Positions 1-10,577 are shown, counted from the stretch's first letter. The stretch is DNA of 64,000 bases from Candidatus Heimdallarchaeum aukensis (GCA_021513695.1 CP084166.1:2368001-2432000); one strand, 5' to 3'. Notes: generated by a model not told the origin, from the letters alone. A program made the numbers and translations.

Positions 1-28
1 ATTAAGCTCTATACTCGGAACTTCACTT

Positions 29-2320
29 ATGCCAAATACTAATGCATTGTATTCTAATATCGATATTAGATTCCCATTTTTAGCTAATTTTACATTAGTA
101 AGACCCTTTCCAACAAATGTTGCCCCCAAATTGTCTGGGCTCTTTCAATGGGTGCTAAAAACTCCCTTATTTGTAATTTTTCCCACCTTTAATGCTTGTT
201 TGCATTATTACTTATCCGTTGAAGATAGTGCAAAATTTCCAAGAGTTATCATAACTAACTCTTATTCTGATACTTTAATTGAAGAAAATGGTATCTTCAA
301 AATGAATTATGAAGTAGAAAATATAGGGAACACTATCGCTTATAACACTACCTTGTTCTTTCCAATTCCTCGTGAACTTGAGTTCTATTCAAAAGAAAAC
401 CTTTCTGTTCCCGTTCTAAAGGACGAAATCGAAATAAATTCGAGTTTTAGTAATGAAATTAAATTGAAAATTGATATTCCTTATCTATTAAAAGAGACAG
501 ACTTACTTCTGCGAATATTAGGTTGGTATCAAAATGTTTCAACTAACGCATTAGAAAGATGGAATGATACTACTCAGATTCCACTATATGGAACTGAATT
601 AACACTGATCTCAGAATATGGGTTTCCATCTGATCTTGTTGACTTATTAGTAAATTTCATTATTCCATATCTTATGAAAAACTATGATACAGTTCTAGAG
701 CTATATAATGATCTAGATACTGTGGTCGAGATATTATATCTGTCACTTATTTCTACTTATAATACAACTTTCCACGCTTTCTATGATATGAAACCAATAT
801 TTAATTACATATCAGATGATTTTCAAATAATTCACACTTCTTTTGGAAGCTTTCTTTATTGTGTAATTCCAGAAATTGGTGTAAATGAAACTATTAGAGT
901 AAATTGGTCAATTGAAAATATTCCAACAAAATATGATCGAGTAGGAATATTTAACCTAACATCTGAAACCAATGATGATCAGGTTATAAAGAAATATGCG
1001 ATATTTCAAACAAAGAATACAGATTATCATACTCTTCTCATATCTAAATATTCAGAAACTGACAGTACAGGACGGATATTGAGTGATTACGATGAAATAA
1101 CGAATTCATTCATTAATATTGGTACCCGATTTAAGTATTCGAACATAAATGGGGATGAATATTATGGTTTGACAAACGGTATAAATATTCAAATTGGGGA
1201 TGATGAGGCCATCATAGAAAGTAAATTGACTACATCTAGTTCTGTATATTCTGTTGGGGATAATATATTTTTAACATTAAATATAACTAATAGAGGACAA
1301 ATACCTGCATATGATATTAATATTGAAATTGCCAACATCAAACTAGATTTCCTATGGCAACCTAGCGACATTATAAAATTAAAGAGTTTAACGATTGATT
1401 CGATTGCTCCTAACGAAAGTTTTGTGAGGGTAATTCAATTAAGAGCAAACAGCTATATAGGTTTTAATACTTATATTGCGTTTATTAGTTTTGTTTCTGA
1501 CAAAGATCAACATGGTGTTGAAGTAACTAATCCTTGGACAAATCAAACTTCAGTGTGGACATACGGTGGTGAAACAAAGAATATTGTTACTTCTACATTA
1601 GTTTCTGGATTGCTTATTCCTTCTCAGTCATTTGTGAATAAATCCAGACCTAGTTTTCCTTTACCTGAGATAGTGTCAAATGTTAGTTATTCACTCTCTC
1701 CCGCCAATTCTACTGTAACTGTACAATATGAAATAAGCAATACTGGCTTATCAGAAGCAAACGTTTCCATCACACAATTTCTCGATAATTCCACCTATTC
1801 TTCCCTAGAATCGGTCGAAATTAGAAAAAGTGAAGTCAGTTATAATTATGTAGCTAGTAGTTACCTAACTTATATTAAATTAAATCTGATAGAGCAAGTT
1901 ACTCTTCTTCCTGGAGAAAAAGTAACAATAACAGAGACTTATTCTGTTAAAAACACTAAATTAGTTCTTTCACCTTTACAAATAGAGTATTATTCACTTT
2001 ATGAGATAATGACAACTGACTTCCAATCCGACTACACTGATTTTGGTGAAGAAAGCACAGTTTTTGTTAGCGAGTATTTACACTTCAGCCCACTAACCGC
2101 AACCGAAAGCGATCAAGCCAAATTCAAATGGTCTTCGTATTCTGACAACATTGATATTGATTTACCACCAATAGAAGAGGAACAAACAACGAAATTTGTA
2201 GTTACTTTTCCTGAAATCCACTTTATGTTTATACTCGTGAGCGTTGGCACAGCAACAGTTGTAGTAAGTATATTTTCGATTATAAGTGCAATATTAAGAA
2301 AAAGAAGAGGATATATGTAA
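29..2320 (+). CDS. Large cell-surface protein with C-terminal TM anchor (possibly 5'-truncated by the window edge)
   Basis: 763-aa ORF. The frame stays open upstream to nt 2, so the true start may lie outside the window. Many N-x-S/T sequons. Three segments resemble CARDB/DUF11-type Ig-like domains (FKMNYEVENIGNT, NIFLTLNITNRGQIPAYDINIEI, VTVQYEISNTGLSEANVSI). Ends in a hydrophobic helix followed by RKRRGYM. Confidence 0.6.
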   Translation: MPNTNALYSNIDIRFPFLANFTLVRPFPTNVAPKLSGLFQWVLKTPLFVIFPTFNACLHYYLSVEDSAKFPRVIITNSYSDTLIEENGIFKMNYEVENIGNTIAYNTTLFFPIPRELEFYSKENLSVPVLKDEIEINSSFSNEIKLKIDIPYLLKETDLLLRILGWYQNVSTNALERWNDTTQIPLYGTELTLISEYGFPSDLVDLLVNFIIPYLMKNYDTVLELYNDLDTVVEILYLSLISTYNTTFHAFYDMKPIFNYISDDFQIIHTSFGSFLYCVIPEIGVNETIRVNWSIENIPTKYDRVGIFNLTSETNDDQVIKKYAIFQTKNTDYHTLLISKYSETDSTGRILSDYDEITNSFINIGTRFKYSNINGDEYYGLTNGINIQIGDDEAIIESKLTTSSSVYSVGDNIFLTLNITNRGQIPAYDINIEIANIKLDFLWQPSDIIKLKSLTIDSIAPNESFVRVIQLRANSYIGFNTYIAFISFVSDKDQHGVEVTNPWTNQTSVWTYGGETKNIVTSTLVSGLLIPSQSFVNKSRPSFPLPEIVSNVSYSLSPANSTVTVQYEISNTGLSEANVSITQFLDNSTYSSLESVEIRKSEVSYNYVASSYLTYIKLNLIEQVTLLPGEKVTITETYSVKNTKLVLSPLQIEYYSLYEIMTTDFQSDYTDFGEESTVFVSEYLHFSPLTATESDQAKFKWSSYSDNIDIDLPPIEEEQTTKFVVTFPEIHFMFILVSVGTATVVVSIFSIISAILRKRRGYM

Positions 2321-2578
2321 TTACCTTAAATCAAAATCATCTGAAGTTAGATTCTTCAGAAAAGCCATCATTTCTTCTTGCATATCTTGACTTTGTTTCA
2401 TGCTCATTGTCTGTGCATAAAACATTGTAAACAATTCTCCTAGTAAGCATTGTGTGCATAGTTCTGTAGTAAGCTCCTCATTTGGAAATCTACAAGGAAA
2501 ATCAAGTTTTTTTACGTTACCATTTGGATCTCTTGCATTAATACTTGGCTTCCATTTACATTTTCTCGTTGACTGCAT
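2321..2578 (-). CDS. Hypothetical small protein (85 aa, 4 Cys)
   Basis: ORF with protein-like composition and no recognisable motif. Its stop codon abuts the stop of the convergent upstream gene (TAA|TTA at 2318-2323). Confidence 0.35.
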   Translation of the reverse strand: MQSTRKCKWKPSINARDPNGNVKKLDFPCRFPNEELTTELCTQCLLGELFTMFYAQTMSMKQSQDMQEEMMAFLKNLTSDDFDLR

Positions 2579-2746
2579 TTTAATTCACCAAAAAGAAAAA
2601 ACTTTCTGATTTCCTTTTTCTTATTGGATTAAAAGCTTTATTGTAAAAACCTTTTCAGTTTCAAGATTTAAATGATATTACTTTTTATAATAACTGCTTG
2701 AGGTTAAAAGTGACATGTTTAAAAAGAAAAAACTTCTTTTTCGTTT

Positions 2747-5293
2747 GTGAAATGTCCCGATTGTAGTAAAACCTTAACGATTGAAGAAAAAAGTCACACA
2801 TTTACTTTTCGTTGTCAATTTTGTGGATACTACTCAAAAATTGTTGGTGCTAAAAATGTTGAAGAAGCTTATAAGAAGACTGTGGAGAGGGCTATAGCTC
2901 AAAACAATATAATCCAAATATCAAAAAAAGAATCAGAACAACTAGTTAAAAGATTAACTCTTCAAGAGAAAATTAATCTGATTAAAAAAGGGAATGGTGA
3001 TCCTTCTAATCTCCCAAATCCCTTAGTTAAATTGTTAAGACATCCTGACTTAGAACCAGTTTACTATTTATTCTTGGAGCAAAAGTCTCCAGCTTTAGCT
3101 AAAGATTCCCTTTTTCTTCCATCTGAATTAAGTTCCTTTCTTAAGAAAAAGGGTTTTGTTCAATTATATGAATTTCAAAAACAATCGTTCAAAAAGATAA
3201 CAGAAGGAAAAAATGTAGTTATTGTAGCCCCAACTGGAACAGGTAAAACCGAGGCTTTCCTTTTTGCTATATTAACAGAAATTTGGGAATCTCATCCTCA
3301 TCCTCTATTACGAAATGGTCCTTATGCAATCTTTATCTATCCAAATAAAGCTTTAGCTAGAGATCAACAAAAGAAGATAAGCGAATATAGTTCAAAATTG
3401 GGAATAACCTGTGAAATTTTTGATGGCGATACTTCACAATCCAAAAGAAAAAAGATTTTGGAAAATCCTCCTGATATTTTAATAACAAATCCTGATATGC
3501 TACACTATCATATGCGAAAACCTAGTTTTAGGAGTCTGCTTTATCCGGTAAAGTTTGTAGTTATAGATGAAGTTCATGTGGCCGTAGGAGCATTTGGAAC
3601 AAATCTTTATTTTATAATTAGGCGATTAAGTCGATTGACAAAAAATAAATTACAATTTATTGCTGTTTCTGCCACAATAGGTAATGCCGTTGAGTTTACT
3701 TCTAAATTATTTAACAGCCCTTCTATGGATATAGTAGAAGTAACAGATGCACGAAAAGCACCTACTCATCTTATGATTGTGTATCCATATGGAACAAGCC
3801 AGTATACACTTACAGGAGACATTACTCGATTACTTGCTTCATCTGGTAGAAAAATCTTAGTTTTCCAGAATAGTCATAAAAATGCAGAAATTATTAATCT
3901 CCTTCTCAGCCAGAGAATGAAAATTGACAGCGCAGTGCATAGAGCGGGTCTCACAAAGAAATATAGAGCACAGGTAGAAAAAAGATTTAGAGATAATGAA
4001 CTAGATGTGTTAGTTTCAACGCCTACTTTAGAATTAGGAATAGATATTGGCAGTGTAGATTCTGTTGTATCTTCAATTGTTGACTTTACAAGGTTTACTC
4101 AACGATTAGGTAGAGCAGGAAGAAAAGGACAAGAATCAATAGGTATTCTTATTCTTAGGGACAATGACCCGATCTCTACCTATTATGCTTTTTACCCTGA
4201 AGACTATTTTGAAGACATAAGAAAAGGATTTATTGAACCTAAAAATGAACTCATTGCCTACTACCAAATATTATCCGCTGTGATGGATAAACCTCTAAAA
4301 GAAAATGAATTTCAAGAGTTTAAACACATTATTTTGAATCTTGTAAATGATGGTTTAGTTAAATTAGCACCAAAAGGAGAATTTCAAATAGCTGATTATT
4401 CAAAGGTTAGAAAAGTTTTGTCAGTATTTAACTTAAGAGGAATCGGTGATACTATCGTAATTGAAGATATCAATGGCAAAGAACTAGGTAGTCGTTCAAT
4501 GCCAATGGCTGCAAGAGAGTTACATCCGGGGGCAATATATTTACTAGGCGGAAAATATTATCGCTCTCTGTCCTTTCAGTATGATCCGAGATTAGGTCGT
4601 GGAAGAGTTAAAGTTCAAAATATTCCGCCGCTTAATAAAAAAACTACTGCTTTACGTTTTGCAATGCCTGAGATTATTAAAATTCATGAATTAAAGAAAA
4701 TTACTGGAACAGAAGCAATTTACTGTGATCTACGAATAACAGAAAATGTAATTGGTTATTCACTTTCTGATATCTTTACTGATGAGAATGTTGAAAACAT
4801 CCCGTTAAAAGAACCTATTCAGTATTCTTTTGTAACTAAAGGATTTATGTTTGTGATGCCAAAACCTCAAAAAATCTTCAGAAATTACCCCGATAAGCAT
4901 GAAGATGAACTAGCCACTGGCACATTTCACGCAATTGAACATGTTTTAATCGAATCAAGCGAAATGATAACTGGTGGAGGAAGTAATGAAATAGGAGGTA
5001 TTTCAATGGGACATTCTGGAGCAATTTTTGTGTATGATGGAGCTAAAGGAGGTTCTGGTCTTTCAAAGCTACTTTTTGACCGATTAGATGAAGCGCTTGA
5101 TCGTTCATTAAATATCCTTAAGAAATGTACATGTAAAACAATGGACGGTTGTCCTAGATGTACCTATAGCTATCAATGTGGAAACAATAATTTCCCACTG
5201 AACAAGTATGGTGCTATTGAATCTCTGACACTTGTTAAAAAATCTAAATTAAAAATCATTGAAGATGTGAGCGGTTATAATCCTCTGATCTAG
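2747..5293 (+). CDS. Superfamily-2 DEAD/DEAH helicase with C-terminal DUF1998/MZB cysteine cluster (COG1205, YprA/MrfA-like) and an extra N-terminal zinc ribbon
   Basis: GTG start. N-terminal CPDC..17..CQFCG ribbon. Motif I APTGTGKTEAF, motif II VIDEVH, motif III SAT, motif VI QRLGRAGRKG. C-terminal CTCKTMDGCPRCTYSYQCGNNN. Confidence 0.85.
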   Translation: MKCPDCSKTLTIEEKSHTFTFRCQFCGYYSKIVGAKNVEEAYKKTVERAIAQNNIIQISKKESEQLVKRLTLQEKINLIKKGNGDPSNLPNPLVKLLRHPDLEPVYYLFLEQKSPALAKDSLFLPSELSSFLKKKGFVQLYEFQKQSFKKITEGKNVVIVAPTGTGKTEAFLFAILTEIWESHPHPLLRNGPYAIFIYPNKALARDQQKKISEYSSKLGITCEIFDGDTSQSKRKKILENPPDILITNPDMLHYHMRKPSFRSLLYPVKFVVIDEVHVAVGAFGTNLYFIIRRLSRLTKNKLQFIAVSATIGNAVEFTSKLFNSPSMDIVEVTDARKAPTHLMIVYPYGTSQYTLTGDITRLLASSGRKILVFQNSHKNAEIINLLLSQRMKIDSAVHRAGLTKKYRAQVEKRFRDNELDVLVSTPTLELGIDIGSVDSVVSSIVDFTRFTQRLGRAGRKGQESIGILILRDNDPISTYYAFYPEDYFEDIRKGFIEPKNELIAYYQILSAVMDKPLKENEFQEFKHIILNLVNDGLVKLAPKGEFQIADYSKVRKVLSVFNLRGIGDTIVIEDINGKELGSRSMPMAARELHPGAIYLLGGKYYRSLSFQYDPRLGRGRVKVQNIPPLNKKTTALRFAMPEIIKIHELKKITGTEAIYCDLRITENVIGYSLSDIFTDENVENIPLKEPIQYSFVTKGFMFVMPKPQKIFRNYPDKHEDELATGTFHAIEHVLIESSEMITGGGSNEIGGISMGHSGAIFVYDGAKGGSGLSKLLFDRLDEALDRSLNILKKCTCKTMDGCPRCTYSYQCGNNNFPLNKYGAIESLTLVKKSKLKIIEDVSGYNPLI

Positions 5294-5376
5294 TTGTAAT
5301 ACCCTAGTAATGTTCACATCATGTGCCCATGTTATATCATTTTTTTAGGTAAACCAAGAATTGGTTCTTGATCAAC

Positions 5377-5787
5377 ATGCTATCGTCATCAAATCTTAAT
5401 GTGAAAGAGATGCTTAATATTGCTCTCGACTGTATTTTCCCAACTAGTGAATCAATAGAACCTGAAATATTAAAAGAAATCACAAAATTCTTAGAACAAC
5501 AAGAACCTCAAGCTCCAACAGAAGATGCTGAAATTGTTAGAGGTGAAATAAGGAAAGCATTAATCCACTTTAAAAATCGTCCTTATTTGTATAATTCTAG
5601 AAAGAAAATTGAGAGTCTATTACTTAAGAACGAAAATTGGAAAAAATTCATTATTGCTCCTCATTCATTTAAAGATGAACTTATTGAAGCAGGGTTATCA
5701 TCAAAAGAGATAGCATTGTTGAAATCATCTCTTGAGAATGCAGAAAACACATTAAACCTCCTAAAACATATTCCCCAACCTCACTAA
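5377..5787 (+). CDS. Hypothetical protein
   Basis: ORF track 5368..5787 begins at a TTG; the first ATG is at 5377 (MLSSSNLN). Helical-looking sequence with no motif recognised. Confidence 0.4.
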   Translation: MLSSSNLNVKEMLNIALDCIFPTSESIEPEILKEITKFLEQQEPQAPTEDAEIVRGEIRKALIHFKNRPYLYNSRKKIESLLLKNENWKKFIIAPHSFKDELIEAGLSSKEIALLKSSLENAENTLNLLKHIPQPH

Positions 5788-5912
5788 TCTTTTTGCATTC
5801 TCCTTTTTTTAAATCCTATTCTTTTTTCTTGTTAATTTCATTCTCCTTTTTACTCTCAATTACATGAAAAAAAAAGATAATGTTTTAAATTATTGATTTT
5901 TTCTTAATTTTA

Positions 5913-7433
5913 ATGGCAGATTTAAGACTTAAATACGGTACATCGCTAAATAAACAAAAAATGATGGAAATAACTATTGTAAGTATTATTGCACTATTTC
6001 TCTTTGTTTTGTCATTATATGTTAAAGATGCTTTTTGTTCTTGGTTCAATATGCAGAAGGGTGCAGGTTTTTACTGGTATTATGACCCCTCTAACCCTGA
6101 AGCTGTTTGGTACATAGAAGGATACGTTGATGCCTCATATTATTATCAACCTTATTTGTATGCATTTAGATATCAGAATTGGAATCCTTACTTGGGTGGA
6201 GAAGGACCATTGAATGGTTATGCTTATGGCCCCCTTTTTATATATGGTCTTTATTTTATTTCTCTTTTTGTTTCTATTGCAAATCCTTCTCTAACGAATT
6301 TTCAAGTGGTAATTGAATCAGTAAAATGGACACATATTGTTTTTGACTCATTATCGGTTGTTATGCTTTTTTTTATTGTTATCAATTTAGAAATAATGAA
6401 GTCAAAGAAATTTTCTAAATATTTAACTGGTGTTATAGCATCTGTTGTATATATTTTCATGCCCTTTAATCTGCTATACATTGATGCTTTAAGTCTTAAT
6501 ATTCCTCAAATGACTTTCTTTGTTCTTCTTGGAACATTTTTATTTAGAAAAGAAAAATATATTTTATCTTCATTTGCCATGACTTTGGGTTGGTTATCGA
6601 AACAGATGCCACTATTTATTGTTGTTCCTTGGTTTATAATACTCTGGAAAAAAGATGAAGACTTGAAAAAAGCACTTGTAGATTTCTTATTCCCTTTCTT
6701 TATTTTCACTTTGATATTCTCAATTCCTTGGTTAATATTGTCACCGGGAGGATATTTATTTAGAATATTTGGACCTGGAAAACCATTATCTATCGTTTCT
6801 TTGTCTTCCAAATATAATGGATATACTGTCACCTTGGCACATAGTTTTCTGAAATTAGGAAGCGAAACTTTAGCAAACATATATTTGTTTCTAAATAAGT
6901 ATATGATACCTTTTTTTGTTTTTTATATACTTACGTTATTAATTTGCTATTTTAATGCTTTAGATATATTTAATGACGAAAAACAATTTTACATTTATAA
7001 CACAGTAGTAATTCTTGTGTCTCATATATTCATTTCTAGAGGAATTTACAAATATTATGATGCATTTTTTTCTCCTTTCTTCATTCTTTTTCTTGTTTTA
7101 CTACTTTGGTCTTATTTTGACTTATGTAGATTCAACAATAGAACTTTATTGTATTCTTATTTTTTCGTTTCAATAATTTCCAGTTCAATTATTTTGTACT
7201 ATATTAATTGGGTAATAATCATCAAATCTAGATTCCTTCATCCTCTCTACTTGTTATTAATTTTTATTTTCATTTCTAGCTTTTTAGAAAGTAATTTTTA
7301 CTCGAGTCTAACCAAGTTTGAAAGCTACAGAATGATAATATTAGATATCAAAAAGATTTACTCTGATATAAAAAACTCTCTTCGAATACACAAAAAGGAA
7401 AAAGATCCGAAAATAAATCCGAATTTAGAATAA
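5913..7433 (+). CDS. Polytopic membrane protein, GT-C-type glycosyltransferase-like (DUF2029/PIG-M-like)
   Basis: 506 aa with more than 10 predicted hydrophobic helices. The first loop YVDASYYYQPYLYAFRYQNWNPYLGG..YAYGPLF resembles the D..Y...G.sPY...Y.YpPL loop of GT-C mannosyltransferase-like families. Confidence 0.45.
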   Translation: MADLRLKYGTSLNKQKMMEITIVSIIALFLFVLSLYVKDAFCSWFNMQKGAGFYWYYDPSNPEAVWYIEGYVDASYYYQPYLYAFRYQNWNPYLGGEGPLNGYAYGPLFIYGLYFISLFVSIANPSLTNFQVVIESVKWTHIVFDSLSVVMLFFIVINLEIMKSKKFSKYLTGVIASVVYIFMPFNLLYIDALSLNIPQMTFFVLLGTFLFRKEKYILSSFAMTLGWLSKQMPLFIVVPWFIILWKKDEDLKKALVDFLFPFFIFTLIFSIPWLILSPGGYLFRIFGPGKPLSIVSLSSKYNGYTVTLAHSFLKLGSETLANIYLFLNKYMIPFFVFYILTLLICYFNALDIFNDEKQFYIYNTVVILVSHIFISRGIYKYYDAFFSPFFILFLVLLLWSYFDLCRFNNRTLLYSYFFVSIISSSIILYYINWVIIIKSRFLHPLYLLLIFIFISSFLESNFYSSLTKFESYRMIILDIKKIYSDIKNSLRIHKKEKDPKINPNLE

Positions 7434-7577
7434 AAATATGATTTTTCAATTATCATTTCTTAACTTTATACTTTCCCTTTTTTAAGAAATCTTCTATAAT
7501 AGCAATGTTTGACCTATATCAAAAAGAATTATAAAGTATAAAATTTCATTATTAGTAGTAAATAGTAAGGTATTCAA

Positions 7578-8138
7578 ATGAAGGAAACAAAAAATCGTGC
7601 TGTTTCTCCAGTTATAGGAACAATGCTAATGATTAGTTTAGTTATTGCGGCGAGTGTATTTGTGGCAATTTTTATTGGCAATATTAGAGTTCCTGCAATT
7701 GAAATTGGAGAAGAGACTCCCTCTCTTTATTCAGTAAACATTGATGTTATTTATTTTAACATAACTGATACTAATTCTAATGGACTAAATGATACACTTG
7801 TAGTAAAGTTTAATCTGGATTTAGATTCCCCAACAATTTATGTACAAGATATTGACATTTTGTTGCCTACAGGAAACTTACTTGATGATATAGTTCCATG
7901 GGTTATTATTGATTCAAATAGCTCTTGGAATTCAGACTTCTATGGATATTCTGTTTTGAATGGTAGTTTGAATGCTACATTTACTGTACAATGTTATGAC
8001 CTATCTAAGTCTGTAGGTGAAATTGCTCCAGGATATTCATTTTATTATTTAATTAAATATAACTATGTTTCTGTCAAAGGAAACCAATTGACTCTTATTT
8101 CTGATGTTTATCAATCAGAGTTAATAGAGACAAAATAA
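7578..8138 (+). CDS. Archaeal type IV pilin-like protein (class III signal peptide, DUF1628-type N-terminus)
   Basis: N-terminus MKETKNRAVSPVIGTMLMISLVIAASVFVAIF matches the archaeal prepilin motif (R/K-G/A-x-SPVIG followed by a hydrophobic helix). The rest is rich in N-x-S/T sequons. Confidence 0.75.
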   Translation: MKETKNRAVSPVIGTMLMISLVIAASVFVAIFIGNIRVPAIEIGEETPSLYSVNIDVIYFNITDTNSNGLNDTLVVKFNLDLDSPTIYVQDIDILLPTGNLLDDIVPWVIIDSNSSWNSDFYGYSVLNGSLNATFTVQCYDLSKSVGEIAPGYSFYYLIKYNYVSVKGNQLTLISDVYQSELIETK

Positions 8139-8214
8139 TATACAACATAATAATACATTTTTTTCTTTTTTCAAAACATTTTTTTAGATATTTGTGCTTA
8201 CTAATTTGAACATA

Positions 8215-8949
8215 ATGTCCCTTGAACCAAAACGAGCTTATAAAATAGTTTTAATTGGAGACCCAGAAGTAGGAAAAACTTCCATAAGAAGAAGATATAT
8301 GGGAAAAACGTTTAAAGGAGAATATTTGAAAACAATAGGTGCTGACTTTGCAGCACAAAAAGTAGAAATTGAAGATGAGGTCGTTTTATTAACAATATGG
8401 GATCTAGCTGGGCAAACTATCTTTCATGGAATGCGTTCTTCCTTTTACCAAGGATGTAAGTCTGCGTTAGTTGTTTTTGATGTAACAAATGTTGAAAGTT
8501 TGAACAATGTAGAAAAATGGACAGAAGAAGCTGTAACCTATGCAAAAAGTTCATTACAAGAGATTTATTTAATAGGCAATAAAATAGATTTGAAGAAAGA
8601 GAGAGTAGTTACAAAAGAACAAATAGACAAAAAAGTAAAACAATTGGAATCTTTAGTTAACTTTCCTATTAGAGTTTATGAAACATCTGCTCTTACAGGA
8701 GAAAATATCCAATCTTTATTTATGGATCTAAGTAGACGATTAATTATTAGTGATAACGTTAAATTTGAAGAAGAAATAGAAGCTAAACGTGCTCATGATG
8801 TTAAGAAAGAAAAAAGAAAAGAACCAGGTAAAGATGTTGATTATAAATCTAAAGATGACTTGAAAGAGATAATAAACCATATCGAGCTTCATGTTGAGAA
8901 AATAAATGACTTTATCAAATTATTGAAAAAACGATTAGATAAACTGTAA
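8215..8949 (+). CDS. Rab/Ras-like small GTPase with about 70-aa charged/coiled-coil C-terminal extension
   Basis: G1 GDPEVGKT, switch I YLKTIGADF, G3 WDLAGQ, G4 GNKIDL, G5 ETSAL. The ORF track starts at GTG 8194; ATG 8215 (MSLEPKRAYKIVLIG) fits the family N-terminus. No C-terminal Cys (no CAAX). Confidence 0.85.
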   Translation: MSLEPKRAYKIVLIGDPEVGKTSIRRRYMGKTFKGEYLKTIGADFAAQKVEIEDEVVLLTIWDLAGQTIFHGMRSSFYQGCKSALVVFDVTNVESLNNVEKWTEEAVTYAKSSLQEIYLIGNKIDLKKERVVTKEQIDKKVKQLESLVNFPIRVYETSALTGENIQSLFMDLSRRLIISDNVKFEEEIEAKRAHDVKKEKRKEPGKDVDYKSKDDLKEIINHIELHVEKINDFIKLLKKRLDKL

Positions 8950-9030
8950 TTTTAAATCTCTTTACTTTGTAATAATCTTCAACAGTCATTCTTTTTTTAG
9001 AAAAAAGAAAAGATTTTGGATAAATTATTC

Positions 9031-10347
9031 TCATTCATCTAATTCTGTTAGTTTGACATATAGTCTCTTATAAAAATCTTGTACAGTTTGTAGAGATTTT
9101 AACTCAATATATTCATTTGCTCCATGAACATTTCCGCCAATTCCTCCAAATTCGATAGCAGGGATGTTCCTAGCGCTAAACCATCTTGAATCTGTAGCTC
9201 CTCCCATCTCAATTGTTTTTGTAGGTAATTCCAGTTCCTTAGCTACTTCAAGAGCTTTTTGAACTAATATTGAGGATTCAGACGTATTAACAGGTCCAAT
9301 ACTTCCTTCTGCTTTTATCTCTGCTTCAACATTGTGGTCTTTAAAGAAATCTTCAAAATATTTTTGAATTAAAGTATGATTATTACTCATAATTCTCAAG
9401 TCTAGTTGTACAAAGTAATGACCTTCTTTTTCAATAAAATAGTTGAAAGTAAGATTTATTCCATAATCACTATAATCTGATTCAATATCAACATTATCAA
9501 AGTCTCTTATAGAACGAAGAAATAAAGTTAAGTTTTTATCAATCTCAAAAGCTTCTCCTTCTTCATTTATCTTAACATAATCAATTGTAATTTCTGGTGG
9601 AATAACATTATTTTTTATGAAAACTCCGCTAATTGTTTGAACCAAGTCATCTTCTGAAAGTTTCTTAGATGCTGCAACAGCACAATGGATATCTAATTCC
9701 TTATTAAAGTATGCAGCATGCATAGTTCTATTTCCAGCTATTTCTGTTGTAAACTTCTCCGTATATAACTTCCCTTTTACTGTTTTCTTCTTTTTTGGAA
9801 TTTTTAAGTTTATAATGTACGGATTTCTACGTCTATTAATTATTTGTAAACCATTAGCATCACCATTTACTACATAATCTGGAACTAAATCATGTTTTTC
9901 TAATTGAGGAAGAAGTTCTCCTGCTCCAAAAGCTCCTCCTGATTCTTCGTCTAAATTAAAAGCAAAAATGATTGTGCCTTTCTCTTCTTTTGCAAAAAAT
10001 TCAGCCAGACTTAGCATTACAGCTACAGAACCCTTCATGTCTGCACTCCCTCGCCCATATCCTTTTTCGTCCCTTATTATAAAGGTAAATGGATCAGTTT
10101 CCCAATTTGGCCCCGGTGGTACAACATCACAGTGCCCTAAATATAACATCTTAGGGCTATCTCTTTTGATATAGGAAATAAGAGTCCAATAACCTTCTTT
10201 TACGTACATAACATTTTCGTATCCATATTCAGATAAGTAATTTCTTATAAAAATGAGTATGTCTTTACTAGGTTTGATTTTTTTTACAGGATTATTTATC
10301 GTATTGAATGAAACAAGTTTTTCAAGAATGGTTAAGTATGATTTCAT
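9031..10347 (-). CDS. M20 family metallopeptidase / ArgE-DapE-like deacylase
   Basis: LGHCDVVPPG..WETDPF, GRGSADMKG and NLDEESGG metal-ligand motifs, plus a C-terminal GG..H...NE segment. Confidence 0.75.
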   Translation of the reverse strand: MKSYLTILEKLVSFNTINNPVKKIKPSKDILIFIRNYLSEYGYENVMYVKEGYWTLISYIKRDSPKMLYLGHCDVVPPGPNWETDPFTFIIRDEKGYGRGSADMKGSVAVMLSLAEFFAKEEKGTIIFAFNLDEESGGAFGAGELLPQLEKHDLVPDYVVNGDANGLQIINRRRNPYIINLKIPKKKKTVKGKLYTEKFTTEIAGNRTMHAAYFNKELDIHCAVAASKKLSEDDLVQTISGVFIKNNVIPPEITIDYVKINEEGEAFEIDKNLTLFLRSIRDFDNVDIESDYSDYGINLTFNYFIEKEGHYFVQLDLRIMSNNHTLIQKYFEDFFKDHNVEAEIKAEGSIGPVNTSESSILVQKALEVAKELELPTKTIEMGGATDSRWFSARNIPAIEFGGIGGNVHGANEYIELKSLQTVQDFYKRLYVKLTELDE

Positions 10348-10577
10348 AAATGGAACTTATTATGTAAATTTATTAGTTTTCTCCATCTTCTTGTGAACTT
10401 TTTAAACTACTCAAAATAATTTTCTCTAAAACCGGCAAAATATTAATTTCGGGAACATTGACTTATCTCTGGATAAAGTGAGAAAAAATGCGCATTTCGG
10501 ACTTTTCAGCACAATATTTTTATACTACTTTTTTTATCAATGAATTGCATACTACACGTGTGTAGGTGTTAAAAAAA

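Noticed and set aside
2318-2323. Back-to-back stop codons TAA|TTA of two convergent genes with zero spacer
   Set aside because: It is a curiosity only. The reality of the 85-aa gene is itself uncertain, and no functional implication can be drawn.
6506-6880. 124-aa ORF antisense to the GT-C membrane-protein gene, and similar ones at 51449..51847, 56136..56456, 56706..57485 and 24402..25344
   Set aside because: All lie fully inside longer, motif-bearing or clearly membrane or coiled-coil ORFs on the opposite strand and have skewed composition.
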